NCBI GenBank assembly: GCA_002633005.1
Contig: NMRA01000509.1
Location: 199,955 to 263,954, forward strand
Reading direction: 5' to 3'
DNA length: 64,000 bases
Origin: Phoronis australis
Taxonomy: Eukaryota; Animalia; Phoronida
How positions within the stretch are numbered: the first letter of the stretch is position 1; every line of letters begins with the position of its first letter. The notes under the pieces were generated by a model. That model searched no databases, was not told the origin of the DNA, and saw only the letters and a list, made by a program, of their open reading frames with translations. The translations under genes were made by a program, and so were the position numbers. Below are positions 12,801 through 25,750 of the stretch, in pieces.

Positions 12801-14899
12801 CAAACTTAAAAATCTATTACGAGCTGCCGTCAATAAAAAGGGTCATACATGTGTATTTAGTATTTTATTTACACAAACTTAGTCGGAATTGAAACCGTAC
12901 TGAGTGACTAAAATGGGTACCACACGTTGAGAACCACTTAATTTTCTCCATTAAATAACAGGCGTCAAACTGGTTCTCCAACAGCGGTCTCCTTGCGACT
13001 ATTGCCAAAATTGTGCAGAGTAAAATTTCAAAAATTTGACAAACTTTTACACGTAGAAAATCGAAAAAACTTAGAGCAAATATTTCTGGCTAACTTCCGT
13101 CCAATTTGCTTTCTGGGTTTGCAACTTCTTCGACGGAGCCAGACGAACTTCCATAAACTTTGTCAACTTTGGAAAAACCTCTGTAGATGCTATGATGAAA
13201 TATTTTTATTACATTTGGTTTTAGTTCGCGTGGTCACATTATTCAAAGGAAAATCAAAAAGTGTGGTAGACCCTAAAGATTAAATTCCTGCGATTCCAAC
13301 AATGACCATGAATAGTCTGTGAACGGTCCCATGAGGAGGGGCACGGCACAGGATTTTAAAAGGTATGAAGAATTTTGATATCGCATCTGTTTTTTCACAG
13401 CGACTAACAAAATAAATTAACACCGCAAAACGGCACTCTTTAATAATGCTTTTGTTGATGTGTTTCAAGTAAATAAGATGTAACAAACTGGCTCTGCAAC
13501 CTAAATTGACCACCCTCGTGCGTTTCAACGTAGAGATGTCTTTATGAGATCTGAATTGTTTTATTGTTCGTTTGCAGATGTGTTTTAGAATAAATCAGAT
13601 GTAAAAAGTCAGTAAATAGATAAGGTGTAGTAAAATCACGGTTGATCACGCCAAAGTGACTCTCCTCGACGTTTCTTGAAGGCGCGTTTTATATCGCTCC
13701 CCCAATTGCGACATTCTGGTCCATCACCAGGGTCCCCAACCTTGCCCACCAACTCCTTAGCAATATCAGAATAATCACTAGTTCTAGGGTTAAAAACCAG
13801 ATGCCGTAGTTGGTTCGCCTCCGGCTTCCATTAGCATTAGAATCTGGTAAACATTCCTTACATACGATTCTTCATTGAAGTATTGATCACCTGATCGTAA
13901 AAACAGCATGCGTTTACGAACTTACATGCAAGTAATGTTAGTTGAGTCGTAGTCCAGGCGATAAACACGGCTTATTTTTCCCTGTTTCTTCTCTCATTAA
14001 GCTTATCCATGTGCAGCACATTCACAGAATGTAAAATTACAGAAAACGAGAGAAATATGAGTCGGTTTGAAATTTTGAAGTAATCATGCAATTCAGATCG
14101 TAGCTTAGTATCGTAAAATCATTTGACCAAATTTCTAGTTTGAAATTGTTCGCCAGACTCTGATACTGAATGCTGACAGAGGCCAGAAGATACAGTTTGA
14201 TTTCGTACGTTGCGCCATCTAGCGATTACTTCCATCTCATTTGAAGTACCCTCTCATTGCAGCGCAGTTGCGCATCTAAACCCATTCTGACAGGAGTTGC
14301 GGTGGCTCTTTTGACCGAAACAGGAGAGTCGCGGCGTTAATGGGAACCTGACATCACAGAAAATTAATCGTAAAAAATATTTGATGTAGCAAACCACGTC
14401 AAATTTACTTTTTCAATATTTCTTTGGCAGATGTACATGTAGAGAAAAGTTAACAGAATTGCAGAGAACAAAACGAACGCTTTGAACTTTAATCATATTC
14501 AAAACTGGTGTCATTGTTTCTTCTACTGCTTTGGATACACGTTTCTTTAGACATCAAATCCGAGTTGTGCTTCGTAGACCGCAAGTCATCAACGAATTCA
14601 ATCCCACAAATCAACATTCCAACCGCGCAGACAAATCACTACAGTGCGAATGCTCGCACAGGCTTGTAAGCTCCCGAGTATAACCGCAAACGCTCGATTT
14701 TAACTGGTGTGGTGTGAATATGCAATTTCTTGCGACATCTGGCTTCTGTAGCTTAGGGCCAAGAATGTCCTCCAGTCGCCGCTTCTGTCTGCGACAGAAA
14801 TCATGCTGTGTCGTAAGGTCAGAGTGATGTTTCCACAATTGTCTTTAGACCGCACTTCAATGTTCAAACTACTTACAAAAAGCAACCCATCCTTTTTTT

Positions 14900-15028
14900 C
14901 TATATATTACTCCACTCGCTTCCGTCCGACATTCCGATGGTACAGCACGCCATTCTTGCACCAGCGTGTCCAGTGGTCTTGCTGTCGGGATACCCTCCTC
15001 TACCCAAGTCATCACGGTTTTCATGAAC
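14900..15028 (-). CDS. Cu/Zn superoxide dismutase, terminal coding exon (SOD3-like CC motif)
   Basis: CAG acceptor, then [42 protein letters not shown]. Retains the Cu-ligand His, DDLG, the catalytic Arg and the disulfide Cys. Confidence 0.93.
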   Translation of the reverse strand, partial: VHENRDDLGRGGYPDSKTTGHAGARMACCTIGMSDGSEWSNI

Positions 15029-15496
15029 CTGCAACGCCGTGTTTGTGCAACATTAGACGGCATTTCAAACAGAGTTGAAAATTATTTGAAAATAAAATGT
15101 CGTGAAAGGTAAGCCAGAAGTTCTCCTTTGAGCAAGCGCCTTCTTTCTATTGTGCAAACTGGAGGAATGCTAATAGATAATGTGCAAGTGACTTTGATAT
15201 TCTTGGCCACTGTCCAATCGAGCATGTTGTGTTCCAAACAGGCGCATGCATCTGCGTGGCCACAAACACAAACATAAACAGGACAAATTTTGACATCCAC
15301 ACGAGAAGCGTGGTAAATAAATATTCATCAGCATCATCGCTATTCAGTATACGCCATTATGTACATTCAAGTATGCAGCATATGGGTGTCTTGGGCACAA
15401 TCTGTCTAAAAAGGCGTATCGGGTCGAAAGTTTTAACATTGAAACAGTAAAACACGCCCAGTTCACCAACATTACACAAAAGACGTTGGCACTTAC

Positions 15497-15611
15497 CACA
15501 ACTGCTCGCCCAATAATGTCTGCAGTACCACAAAGGGATATTTTGTTGTCAGTGAAACTAATGTTAACGGCACTTCCCGACACTTTGATATTTCCGAGGT
15601 CCCCTACGTGC
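15497..15611 (-). CDS. Cu/Zn superoxide dismutase, penultimate exon
   Basis: TTTTTTCAG acceptor, (R)HVGDLGNIKVSGSAVNISFTDNKISLCGTADIIGRAVV, GTAAGT donor. Phase 0, joining in frame to the next exon. Zn ligands His and Asp are present. Confidence 0.93.
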
Positions 15612-17378
15612 CTGAAAAAATGAAATTGAGTTTAACATAGGAGGCACATCATAGAGGGCATGGGGCTAAATCCCTCACTTTTTCAGTGCTGCAAAGCCCA
15701 TGGTCTATGCATGGTGCACCAAAAGGGGGCTGGAGTGCTAAAGCCCCCCAATTTTTCAATGCTGCGCCGCCCAAGTTTAGCTGTTATCTCATTCGTGCTT
15801 ATGATGTCAGATTCCTCTATCTTGATGATACGCTTTGTACCAACATAGCTACATGTATAGGTTTAAAACGATTTATGTTTCTTTGACTTTTAGACGTCAA
15901 ACGCACTTCTACGTGCGATTTAAAGTTTATCTCAAACCTTATTTAATGACCTCCATTCTAATTCGTACATCAAGAAACTAAGCTTTGTCAACTAGTAAAA
16001 GTACATATTTTGAAGAAAAAAACAGGAAGTATAAAAATATGTTTATACTTATGTAATGTACCATTATATTCACGTTAACACCTTTTAGGTCAAAATTCCA
16101 ATTTCAAAAATACATTCATAGCAAAATAACCCTTCGGTCGATTTTAATAAAACCTTTTTTTAATGAAAATTTTACCAGTATCTTTGGGAATTTTCAATTA
16201 TTCTTTTCGTTTGGTTTCTGTGACATATTAACTCGCAAACGTAAGGTATTTTTGTGAAAAATAGAGTTCGTATTCGTTTTTGTTACAGGGAACATCCCGA
16301 AAAAACTAGGCCTTTATATCAAAAATCCTAATAGCGTTTTTGCAATTGATGAGCAAATATTAAGTTTGGAAAGTTTCAGCGAAATTCAACGAGTCCCGTT
16401 GTTGATAACTGGTATTCCGAAGTTCATATTAAGTCGATTTGCAGAAGCCCAAAAAGCCGATTAAACTAGGACGAGTGAAAATTTCAAGGTCTTCAGTTAA
16501 ATATTCTGTGAAAACTTGTTTTCGGTCAATGTAACCTGTACATGCCTAAAGCTATGGTCACAACCCGCCGTGCGTGTTTATTGTTCTTACGTTTTCTGCG
16601 GACGCCACGGGCACCACGTTTTTCTGAAAACGTGAGTAGGGAGTGGCAAGCGCAGGGAGGACGTACGTCAACGCACGTCACCCGTAAGGTGTAAGTGCGT
16701 GACACGTACGGCACGCCTGGCCGTGGGCGGCAGCTTTCAGCATACGTTGCGCACGTGGTAAGTGAGTTGTGCGTGCGTGTATCGTGCTTACCACGTACAA
16801 TCTCCGTGCGATTGCCACGTTGTCGTACGGAGGCCGTACGTACACATGCAGCTGACGCACGCTTTCCTTACTCACTCGTACGTTGTAAGTGCGTGCAAGT
16901 ACAATGAACGTGAGTTTTTTTTCGCTTGCTGTCGGGTAGGTATATATAGGTCAATCTTCCGAGGTTTTCTAGATGTCCTAGCTCCTGCTGACTAAAGATG
17001 CCGCCAATTATTTCCAAGAGACTCATAATTCAGATGCTGCAAAAGCAGGTTCAAGTTGCAGCTCATGAAGATGACTTAGTGNCCTGCACAGCCAACGACC
17101 CCACAACGCACTGACGCCGTGAGTCTTTAAAACTTTCTCAACGGTCCCTTTGCCTGTGGATGGCGCACTTGGCACTTGCGTGCTGCGCACGTGAATCGCG
17201 CGTGGCCGGTACTTAGCCCGCACTTCCCAAATTCTACTATGCAACGAAAACGCTTAACGCACGTGCACCGTACTGACTAAGTACGTGCTCCGCACGTACC
17301 ACGCGCGTTGTGTTCGCTGATTTTTGTGGTCTATATAAAGACGAACCGACGGACGAATGTGTTCATTTCGTCTGCACA

Positions 17379-18499
17379 ATGCCGAAGAGGAAGGGTTCAT
17401 CTGCTGCTCAAAAGGCCACGGTTATGGCTCAACAGAAACGTGCCGCAGAAGAAGAGAGGAGGAGGGAAGAATTAGATGGCGAGACCAGAGATTCTGATAA
17501 AGAAGAGGATGTTGATAGAGAATTGGAGAGGGAGCCACATGAAGAAGAGGGTTCCAAGGGCAACTGCTTATTCGCGGCAAAAACAGAGGAACGCCTGGTT
17601 GAGTTTTTCTCTGCAAACTCGATCTTTTATGATACGTGCCATCCACATTACCATAACCAGCAAAAGAAAGATAAATTGCTGGACGAGATAGCCAAAGAAC
17701 TTAACACAAGCAGTAAGTACCCCATTTTCAACTAGTTCATGTGTAAATTTTATTTCAGGAGAAACATGCATACTTTCACACACACACACAAACACACACA
17801 CACACACACAAACATATATATATATATATATATATATATACGGTATATATTTGTCAGTAATATGTTATTTGTTATAAATGCCTTTATTTGATTTAATGAG
17901 ACCTTTATTTATGGATTTGCATATGATTGCTGATATACATTTATCATAAATTTTGGTACACGTGTGCTTTCATACATTAACTGTTTCATAAGCACAGTTG
18001 GCGACGTAAGATTGTACAATATAAAGTAACATGAATTATTTGAGATATTGGTATTATCAATGATTTAATATTTAAGACTTTTATTGTCCATAGGAGTACA
18101 GATCCAGGGCTGGTTCAAGCACATGAGAACTTCAGTGGGAAAACGGTACAAGACCAAGTCAGGCCAGGCTACCAAACCTCTTACTGCAAGAAAGAAATGG
18201 CAACTACAGAATTTCGTCTTTCTGAAAGCCCACATTGTCCCACGTACATATAGTGTAGAAACAACACAGGTAAAGGTTTAATACAGGTTATTAGTTGGAT
18301 AGATATGACTAGTTTTTACTAAATTTCAACACAGCCGTGTACATTTTATTTGTAATATATAATGGTTAAAATATGTAATTGTCAATTTATGATTTTCACA
18401 TCATGTAGATTAGAAATGAAAAGGTATCAATGTGTAAGATTTATTTCACTTTTAGTTAGAGGAGGCAGGAGAGCAAAGCGAGCATGAGGAGTCACTACA
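17379..18499 (+). CDS. Harbinger MADF/Myb-SANT-like DNA-binding protein (exons 17379-17712, 18094-18269, 18456->18499), truncated at N
   Basis: EERLVEFFSANSIFYDTCHPHYHNQQKKDKLLDEIAKEL...IQGWFKHMRTSVGKR...KSGQATKPLTARKKWQLQNFVFLKAHI. GT-AG introns have compatible phases and the frame is open. Confidence 0.8.
17777..17840. repeat. (CA)n(TA)n compound microsatellite
   Basis: Directly visible. Confidence 0.95.
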
Positions 18500-19551
18500 N
18501 TTTCAGTGTCCATATTTTACCCCCGCCTCTTTTCCATAAGACCGTTTGAAAGATCATCATGAAATTTTAATTGCGGATTTCTTCCTAATGGTGATAAATT
18601 GTCTGAGAACAATGCTTAGATGAATCCGACTAGTGCTCTAAGGAATTTTTGTTATCTTTGTGTCTGCTTAACATCTACGATGTTGGTTGTTGATGAAATT
18701 TGTTGGTATGTGTCTTCTGAAGAGAGGATACCGCCTGTGACTTTCCCATTATCAGATGGTTTCAACCTGGGCTAAACCACCTAATGACAGTAGTTGTGCT
18801 CTGGTGTATGTTTTTTTTCAGCTGCCTCTGTATCTGCCAAACTGTTTAAAGGATCATAATGAAAGTTATCAATCAGATGTGTAGCTATTGACTAGAGTAT
18901 GTCTGCTTAAACACACAGGTCTATTTTGTGATCTGCAGTTTGCCAATACGACTTCAGATTGTGTTTGGCTATCTGGAGTATCAGTCAGACAATATTTCTC
19001 TTGAAATTCCTTTCAAGATGTGTGTGGACTTAAAATTTGAAATAATAACATTTTTCTTTGATTTAAAACATTCAGATCACAATTCTCCCGTTAATTTCGA
19101 GATTGCATTTGCGACCCTCGGTACCCATCAAACAGAGGATTAAATTACAACAAGAAGAGATGGAAAACGGAAATTGTTTGGCAAAAATTGGGCAAGGTCA
19201 GACTAAGAAACACACGGCGATGTTAAGCTTATTGTGTTGGAACATTGTAACAACTGTGTTATTACACAATGACCTTCCAAGTTCATCAGGAACATTCATC
19301 TGTGGTCATTATATTGAGATTGCTACTGATTTTGTGACTAACAAGAGGACTGGGGATCTTTTCAGGCTGCATAGCATGCCCATTGCCCCCACAATATGTT
19401 GGTCCACTTTGCATTAATTTTGTTTTATGGGAAACATATTTTATTTAGCACTTTTTGGCTTATCCTCTTGAAAAAGGAATGCTAAATTAACAGTCAAGTC
19501 TTGAAACAAGACATTTCGGCGACAGATCTGTCCACTGGAGTGTTTTTCCAG

Positions 19552-19859
19552 GTACAGCGTCAGTCATCTTTCACCTGTCGTTCGTCTTCATGTCAGTCGG
19601 TGCTGCTCGTAAGATGCATGATGGCATGCTAAGACGGATTCTCCAAGCGCCGATGTCCTTCTTTGACTCTACACCAACTGGCCGCATTCTCAATAGGTTC
19701 TCCAACGACATACCTGCAGTTGACAACATGAAGAATGATATGAAAGAATTCATGAGGTGCATTCTGTTCTGCTGTTCTACTCTGTTCATGCTGGTCTACA
19801 CCACTCCCACTTTGACACTCACCATCATACCCATAGGTTACGTGTACTATAGTCTAAAG
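19552..19859 (+). CDS. ABCC1: ABCC/MRP1-like transporter, first visible exon (TMD2)
   Basis: AARKMHDGMLRRILQAPMSFFDSTPTGRILNRFSND. TTCCAG acceptor and GTAAG donor. The symbol indicates closest family (ABCC1/2/3), not proven orthology. Confidence 0.93.
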
Positions 19860-19935
19860 GTAAGAACACAGGGCAGCATTCTGTAACATGAGACATTCGT
19901 AAAATGTTAGCAACGAAAACTCTTGAGTTTATTAA

Positions 19936-20837
19936 AGGCAAAGGCAACCTTTCTTCATGTCTTTTTTAGCAAAAATAAGGTTCGTTGGTTATCCCAGACA
20001 TATTTTTGACTTAATTACAGCTTTTTCTAATTTAATTAATTATTCGTTCTCTACAATAATTACAGAAGTGACGTTTTGAGAGGCGAGAATTTCACGCCAA
20101 TTTCTTTTCATGTAGTCTGACTGTGAGAGCTGCCGAGTCAGTCATTGTTCTATCTCGGTTGTGATAAGTTCGATCGTCGTTCATTTTTGTTTACGAGTCA
20201 GTCAACATGTCACACTGTTGCTGCGTACCGGGATGCACTCATCATCTCACGGACAGAGGAACAACTGTCCTACTTGCCCGAGTTTCCCGAGACACACTCC
20301 CACTGGATAGTGACCTGAGCTCACAAACTGCTTACACCCCGCCTTGTAACTCCCTCGCCACACACCTGGCACCTTCTAAATAGCTCCAATACTTTAGACA
20401 AGTCCACAATATACTGATCAAAGTTTGGCTCACCGATCTGTTCATTGAACGGCGAACTATACTCTTCACTGGGCCTGTATTCACTCCCACTACTCAACAT
20501 CGTAGCAGGGATGCTTACAGGCTTTGGGCCATAATGAGTACGTCTCTGAGCACAGCAACAGTGTGGCACGTTGACTGACTCGTAAACAAATTAAAGCAAA
20601 CAACGATCGAACTTATCATAACCGAGGTAGATCACTGACTAACTCGATGAGCTCTCATAGTCAGACTGAAAAGAAATTGGTGCGAAATTCTTGCCTCCCA
20701 AAACGTCACTTCCGGTGTAGAGAATGAATGATTAGTTGATTTACAAAAAGCTGTAATGGAAGGGAAAATATGTCTGGGACAACCAACGGACCTTATTTTT
20801 GCTAAAATGACATGATGTAAAAAGGTTGCCTTCACCT
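19936..20837. mobile_element. Non-autonomous Kolobok-like element with long inverted arms
   Basis: TTAA TSD (19932-35, 20838-41). TIR AGGCAAAGGCAACCTTT / AAAGGTTGCCTTCACCT, with inverted arms of ~290 bp. THAP-like start MSHCCCVPGC on + and a transposase-like fragment YIVDLSKVLELFRRCQVCG on -. Confidence 0.8.
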
Positions 20838-20904
20838 TTAAGCACCACAACAGACCCTCCAATCTTACCAATAGGGATATAGCAAACTGGGAATTTGTGA
20901 ATAG

Positions 20905-21020
20905 GGATGGGTGTGTGTGACTAGAGATGGGTGTGTGTGACTAGAGATGGGTGTGTGCGACTAGAGATGGGTGTGTGCGACTAGAGATGGGTGTGTGCGA
21001 CTAGAGATGGGTGTATATGA
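20905..21020. repeat. 20-bp minisatellite (GACTAGAGATGGGTGTGTGC), ~5-6 copies
   Basis: Directly visible. Confidence 0.95.
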
Positions 21021-22220
21021 CAACATCCTGTCCAATCTACTTTAACCTCTGTAGATTATAAACTCTAAACTAGTCATTGAAAATTGAACTTTTGCATTTG
21101 TTTGAATGACAAAAGTCGGTTGTTAGAGTATGCCATTGTATAACCTGTCTGAGCAACACCATGGAAACTTGATATGTGTGCCATACCTGACACTTGATAT
21201 GTGTGCTATACCTGACAACAGAGTGCTTATTGAAGTTATCCCAATAACCCCAAAGAATGCAATGGCAATCATTTTTGTAGGAAAGTTAAGAAAGATTAAT
21301 TTGGCTCAGTTGAATTTTACCAATTATGAATGACTGTTATGCCTGAATCTTGCAGAATGTTCTGAATATTTTACCAATCCTTCGTGTATAATTACTTATT
21401 TCCTTCATTGACCGTATTAGTAACAGATAATAGCTATTGTTTTTATTTTTCATACCAAAATTATTATAACGCTGCTGAAATTCTCATTTACCATAAAATC
21501 TGACGTGTTAGGCCATACCGTTGTTTTTGTTAAATGCTGTATGAAAATGCACCATTTCCCTCTATGCAGTGAAGGCTTAACTAATATACACATGTTGTAG
21601 TTATGTTAATGAAACGTAATTGGCTGAGGTTGAGACAAAATATATAAACCACGACACCTAGTGGTCAGTGGAAGATACACGCTGTATAATTGTTTTCTTA
21701 CTTTATTACTTCTTGATTTCCATATGGTTTTGACAATCAATAAATTGTTCAATTCATTTCACTGTTGTGGTCATCAATGATTAGCCGCCAGAAAACACAA
21801 GCATCAGGAACCGACCATGTATCCCAAGATGGTCGCATATTGGAATATTGCATTTTGAAATTTTCTGTGAAAATTTAATATCTAGCCCTTACATAGACGA
21901 TTTTGAGCCAAAACAGCATAGTTTGTTCTGGCCTGTTTTTTTTTTGAAAATGAAGTCTGTGGTGTGGCATTTTTATTTGCTCTCTTTGTCAAAACGAAAA
22001 TCCACCTGAGAGAAGCAAAAATGTTATGAGATTTTGTTTACTCATTGCTTGGCAAGTCATGGTGTTTCCAACCTTGTTAACATCTTGTTGACATGACTGC
22101 GCAGTTTTTCACAAACATACCCAAGACGTGGGCTGAAAGTGGTATGGTGGCCATTTTTGTTTTGTCAATAAGCACAGTTGTGGTAAAGACGAGAACCAGC
22201 TTAAGTCTTTTTGGCCTCAT

Positions 22221-23784
22221 AGACCCTATTCACGCCGACAAGAGGCGCGTTCCAAAACGAGGCTCGCTACGATAGCTCTGTTAGCTTATCGGCATAGGTC
22301 TGTGTTTCATTCCGTGTTGTTCCGCGAATGGCTAGAAAAAATACGGACACGCAACTGTCTGCTTTACAATCTCTAAAGACGTTGAGATTCCGAAGCGTTG
22401 GGTCGTTGCCATACGCAGCGACGAAGCAAAATATGTCCGTGAAAAATTTATAAATGTTTTCGAAAAGTTAGATCATATTTTGTCGCATCTCGGTGAGCAT
22501 CATAGTAACGACTGGAGAATGGGCCAGCCAGGCTGTGTTTTCATGACTACGGATTTAGGGGGGNGGGGGCATGGCCCCTCTAAAATTGTATCAGATCCCA
22601 TTTTTGAGTTTGGGTGTGAATTGCTGACTAGCATTCGTGTGCAACCAGGGGGTCTTGGGGGGTGAATAAACAACGCATAGGCGCTGAATGAACCCCGTTT
22701 ACCGTTTTTTCCTAAAAGGACAGGATCCTCAATCCCTCAAATTTGGGGCCCAATATCGGCCCTATTCCCCTCTCAAAAGTATTGAAATAGGCGAAATTCC
22801 CCCCACGAGGCATAAATATTCCCCTAGTGAAAAATCGCTCTGAGTTCACTTCACCTGTGACCACACAGGTGACAATTTTTAAGAGCACAAAAGGCTACTT
22901 TAATTGAGACAGAGCCTATGAGAGCTTGCAACAGGCGGGGGTGCTATTGATGGTGATTGGGAGGTAGATTGTTCCCGCCCTCACTCGGCGAAAAAATCGC
23001 CTCTCAGTAGGCACCTTTCCTTTTCGATGAACGAGGCTCCTGCAGAAAATGATAACTATGATTGCATTGTCCAGTTAACTGAAATTGAGTTCTAAAAGGA
23101 GGTTATGTTTTGGACGAACGAATTAGGTGTTTTAATTTTAAAATTCAACTTGGTCCAGATTGATATTTGAAATCTAACACAATCTATTACAAGCAAGAAA
23201 GCAGAATTGATGGTCAAATAATTTTTATTTTCGATTACAAGCCTGGTTTTTATTTTAATAAAAAATATATTTAATAACATCAATTATTCTTTCAGATCAA
23301 TGACAAATCAACTGTTGGTCCCAGTGAGTGCATAGGATCAGGCTATGCTTGATGTTAATTAAACCACTAGATGTGGCTAATCCACCACTGTCAACTCGTC
23401 AACAATACAAGCAGATGACCGGGTCCGCGTAGAAAGTATTTTGATCAACAATTTACAAGAAAAAACGTAACCCTGCATTCAGCATAATACTTAATCCGTA
23501 ACACTGTGATCGCCTCAATTTGGTCATGTTTACTTTTCATGTTTCGAACCTAGCTTTCGGAAAAAAATTAAATCCTTTCGTCAGACAACTCTTTAGCGCC
23601 TTAACTTGTTCTCTAATGTAATTTTCTACGTCTCTGTGGTTAATTGTCGACACATTATTAAAATTTAATATCCAGGTTGGACTCGAAAGACCGGTCTATT
23701 TAACTCACGCAATGTCTACTTTCGCTTTGTTTATCGCAATGAGCCTCACTTTGGGTTTTAATGTCCGTCGCGTGAATAGGGTCT
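22221..23784. mobile_element. Non-autonomous ISL2EU/Harbinger-related element with THAP remnant
   Basis: TIR AGACCCTATTCACGC / GCGTGAATAGGGTCT with AT on both sides. THAP-like KRWVVAIRSDE at ~22390-22425. Confidence 0.7.
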
Positions 23785-23867
23785 ATGGTAAAAGTTTAAC
23801 TTACATGTCATTGTATTTCCATTTTCACTTCCTGATGTTTTAACCAAATGACTATGTTTCTGTTCAG

Positions 23868-24067
23868 GAAAGTTTTGTCCCCACCCAGCAACAGCTGAGG
23901 AAGCTAGATTCAAACACCAACTCTCCAATATACAGTCACTTCAGTGAGACGCTGAACGGAACTAGCACTATAAGGGCATTCTCTAGACAAGATCAGTTCA
24001 TCGCAGACTCTGACGTGATACTAGACAGAAACCAAACTGTCAACTTTGCCTTTGAGTGCGGGTGGAG
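23868..24067 (+). CDS. ABCC1: ABCC/MRP1-like exon (TMD2 cytosolic loop)
   Basis: QLRKLDSNTNSPIYSHFSETLNGTSTIRAF. AG/GT boundaries, phase 0 to 2. Confidence 0.93.
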
Positions 24068-24335
24068 GTAGGATGATTTTTTTAAGGGACATTGTTGGTT
24101 TCATGGCCAAAACATACATTTTTGGAATGTTCAGTTGTATTGTGATAGACTTCTTGACATTATTTGTTTTGACCTGAGCTATAAAACAACAAAATCAATG
24201 GTATTTTTATTTTATTATGAAACATCAATTCTGGCCATTGTCTGCCAGTTATTTGCTAAAGTCAAGGCTGACCTTGAGGGTTGCAGATACAATTTTGTGT
24301 CAAGGCTAATCTCATAAAACCTCTGTTCTCACCAA

Positions 24336-25750
24336 TTATTATGCGCCCACATATTTATATGTGGACGCATTATGCCGTCATCTCTGTCCGTCCATCCGTC
24401 CGTCCGGGCGGCGTCCGTCCGGCGTCCGGCGTCCGCTGCTCTATCTCCAAAACCCTTTGACATACGTTCATGAAATTTGGCACATATGTTCCATTCATGA
24501 ATGGGACGGCATGTGCGAACTTTCGGACGGATCCGACTACCGGTGTGCCCCCTAGTGGCAATTTTAGTTTTTTACGCTTACCTTTGTATCTTCAAAAGTC
24601 CTGAACGGNNNNNNNNNNNNNNNNNNNNNNNNNNNNNNNNNNNNNNNNNNNNNNNNNNNNNNNNNNNNNNNNNNNNNNNNNNNNNNNNNNNNNNNNNNNN
24701 NNNNNNNNNNNNNNNNNNNNNNNNNNNNNNNNNNNNNNNNNNNNNNNNNNNNNNNNNNNNNNNNNNNNNNNNNNNNNNNNNNNNNNNNNNNNNNNNNNNN
24801 NNNNNNNNNNNNNNNNNNNNNNNNNNNNNNNNNNNNNNNNNNNNNNNNNNNNNNNNNNNNNNNNNNNNNNNNNNNNNNNNNNNNNNNNNNNNNNNNNNNN
24901 NNNNNNNNNNNNNNNNNNNNNNNNNNNNNNNNNNNNNNNNNNNNNNNNNNNNNNNNNNNNNNNNNNNNNNNNNNNNNNNNNNNNNNNNNNNNNNNNNNNN
25001 NNNNNNNNNNNNNNNNNNNNNNNNNNNNNNNNNNNNNNNNNNNNNNNNNNNNNNNNNNNNNNNNNNNNNNNNNNNNNNNNNNNNNNNNNNNNNNNNNNNN
25101 NNNNNNNNNNNNNNNNNNNNNNNNNNNNNNNNNNNNNNNNNNNNNNNNNNNNNNNNNNNNNNNNNNNNNNNNNNNNNNNNNNNNNNNNNNNNNNNNNNNN
25201 NNNNNNNNNNNNNNNNNNNNNNNNNNNNNNNNNNNNNNNNNNNNNNNNNNNNNNNNNNNNNNNNNNNNNNNNNNNNNNNNNNNNNNNNNNNNNNNNNNNN
25301 NNNNNNNNNNNNNNNNNNNNNNNNNNNNNNNNNNNNNNNNNNNNNNNNNNNNNNNNNNNNNNNNNNNNNNNNNNNNNNNNNNNNNNNNNNNNNNNNNNNN
25401 NNNNNNNNNNNNNNNNNNNNNNNNNNNNNNNNNNNNNNNNNNNNNNNNNNNNNNNNNNNNNNNNNNNNNNNNNNNNNNNNNNNNNNNNNNNNNNNNNNNN
25501 NNNNNNNNNNNNNNNNNNNNNNNNNNNNNNNNNNNNNNNNNNNNNNNNNNNNNNNNNNNNNNNNNNNNNNNNNNNNNNNNNNNNNNNNNNNNNNNNGCCG
25601 CGGCTATTGAGGAGACAATGACCATGCCTTTCCATTTTGCAAAGTATGCCCTCTACTGGCCACTTTATGGTACCAATAAACAACCCTAGAAGGATACCGT
25701 ATGCGGTGCAATTGTGGGCGCATTTCAACGCTCCGCGTTGCTCTTGTGTT
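24336..25750 (+). mobile_element. Helentron-associated (HINE/DINE-1-like) element spanning a gap
   Basis: Subterminal IR ATGCGCCCACA (24341) / TGTGGGCGCAT (25713), a (CCGT)n tract, a 3' hairpin CAACGC-TCC-GCGTTG and T-rich flanks. Confidence 0.75.
24609..25596. other. Assembly gap
   Basis: Run of N. Confidence 1.

Larger units (their letters stand above)
16550..18500 (+). mobile_element. PIF/Harbinger transposon, left part, interrupted by single-N joins at 17082 and 18500
   Basis: TAA followed by an AGCTATGGTCACA terminus and a CACGTG/CGTACG-rich subterminal region. An ORF start MPPIISKRLIIQMLQKQVQVAAHEDDLV (16998) is cut by N and is probably the nuclease. A MADF gene follows. No right TIR was seen. 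Confidence 0.7.
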
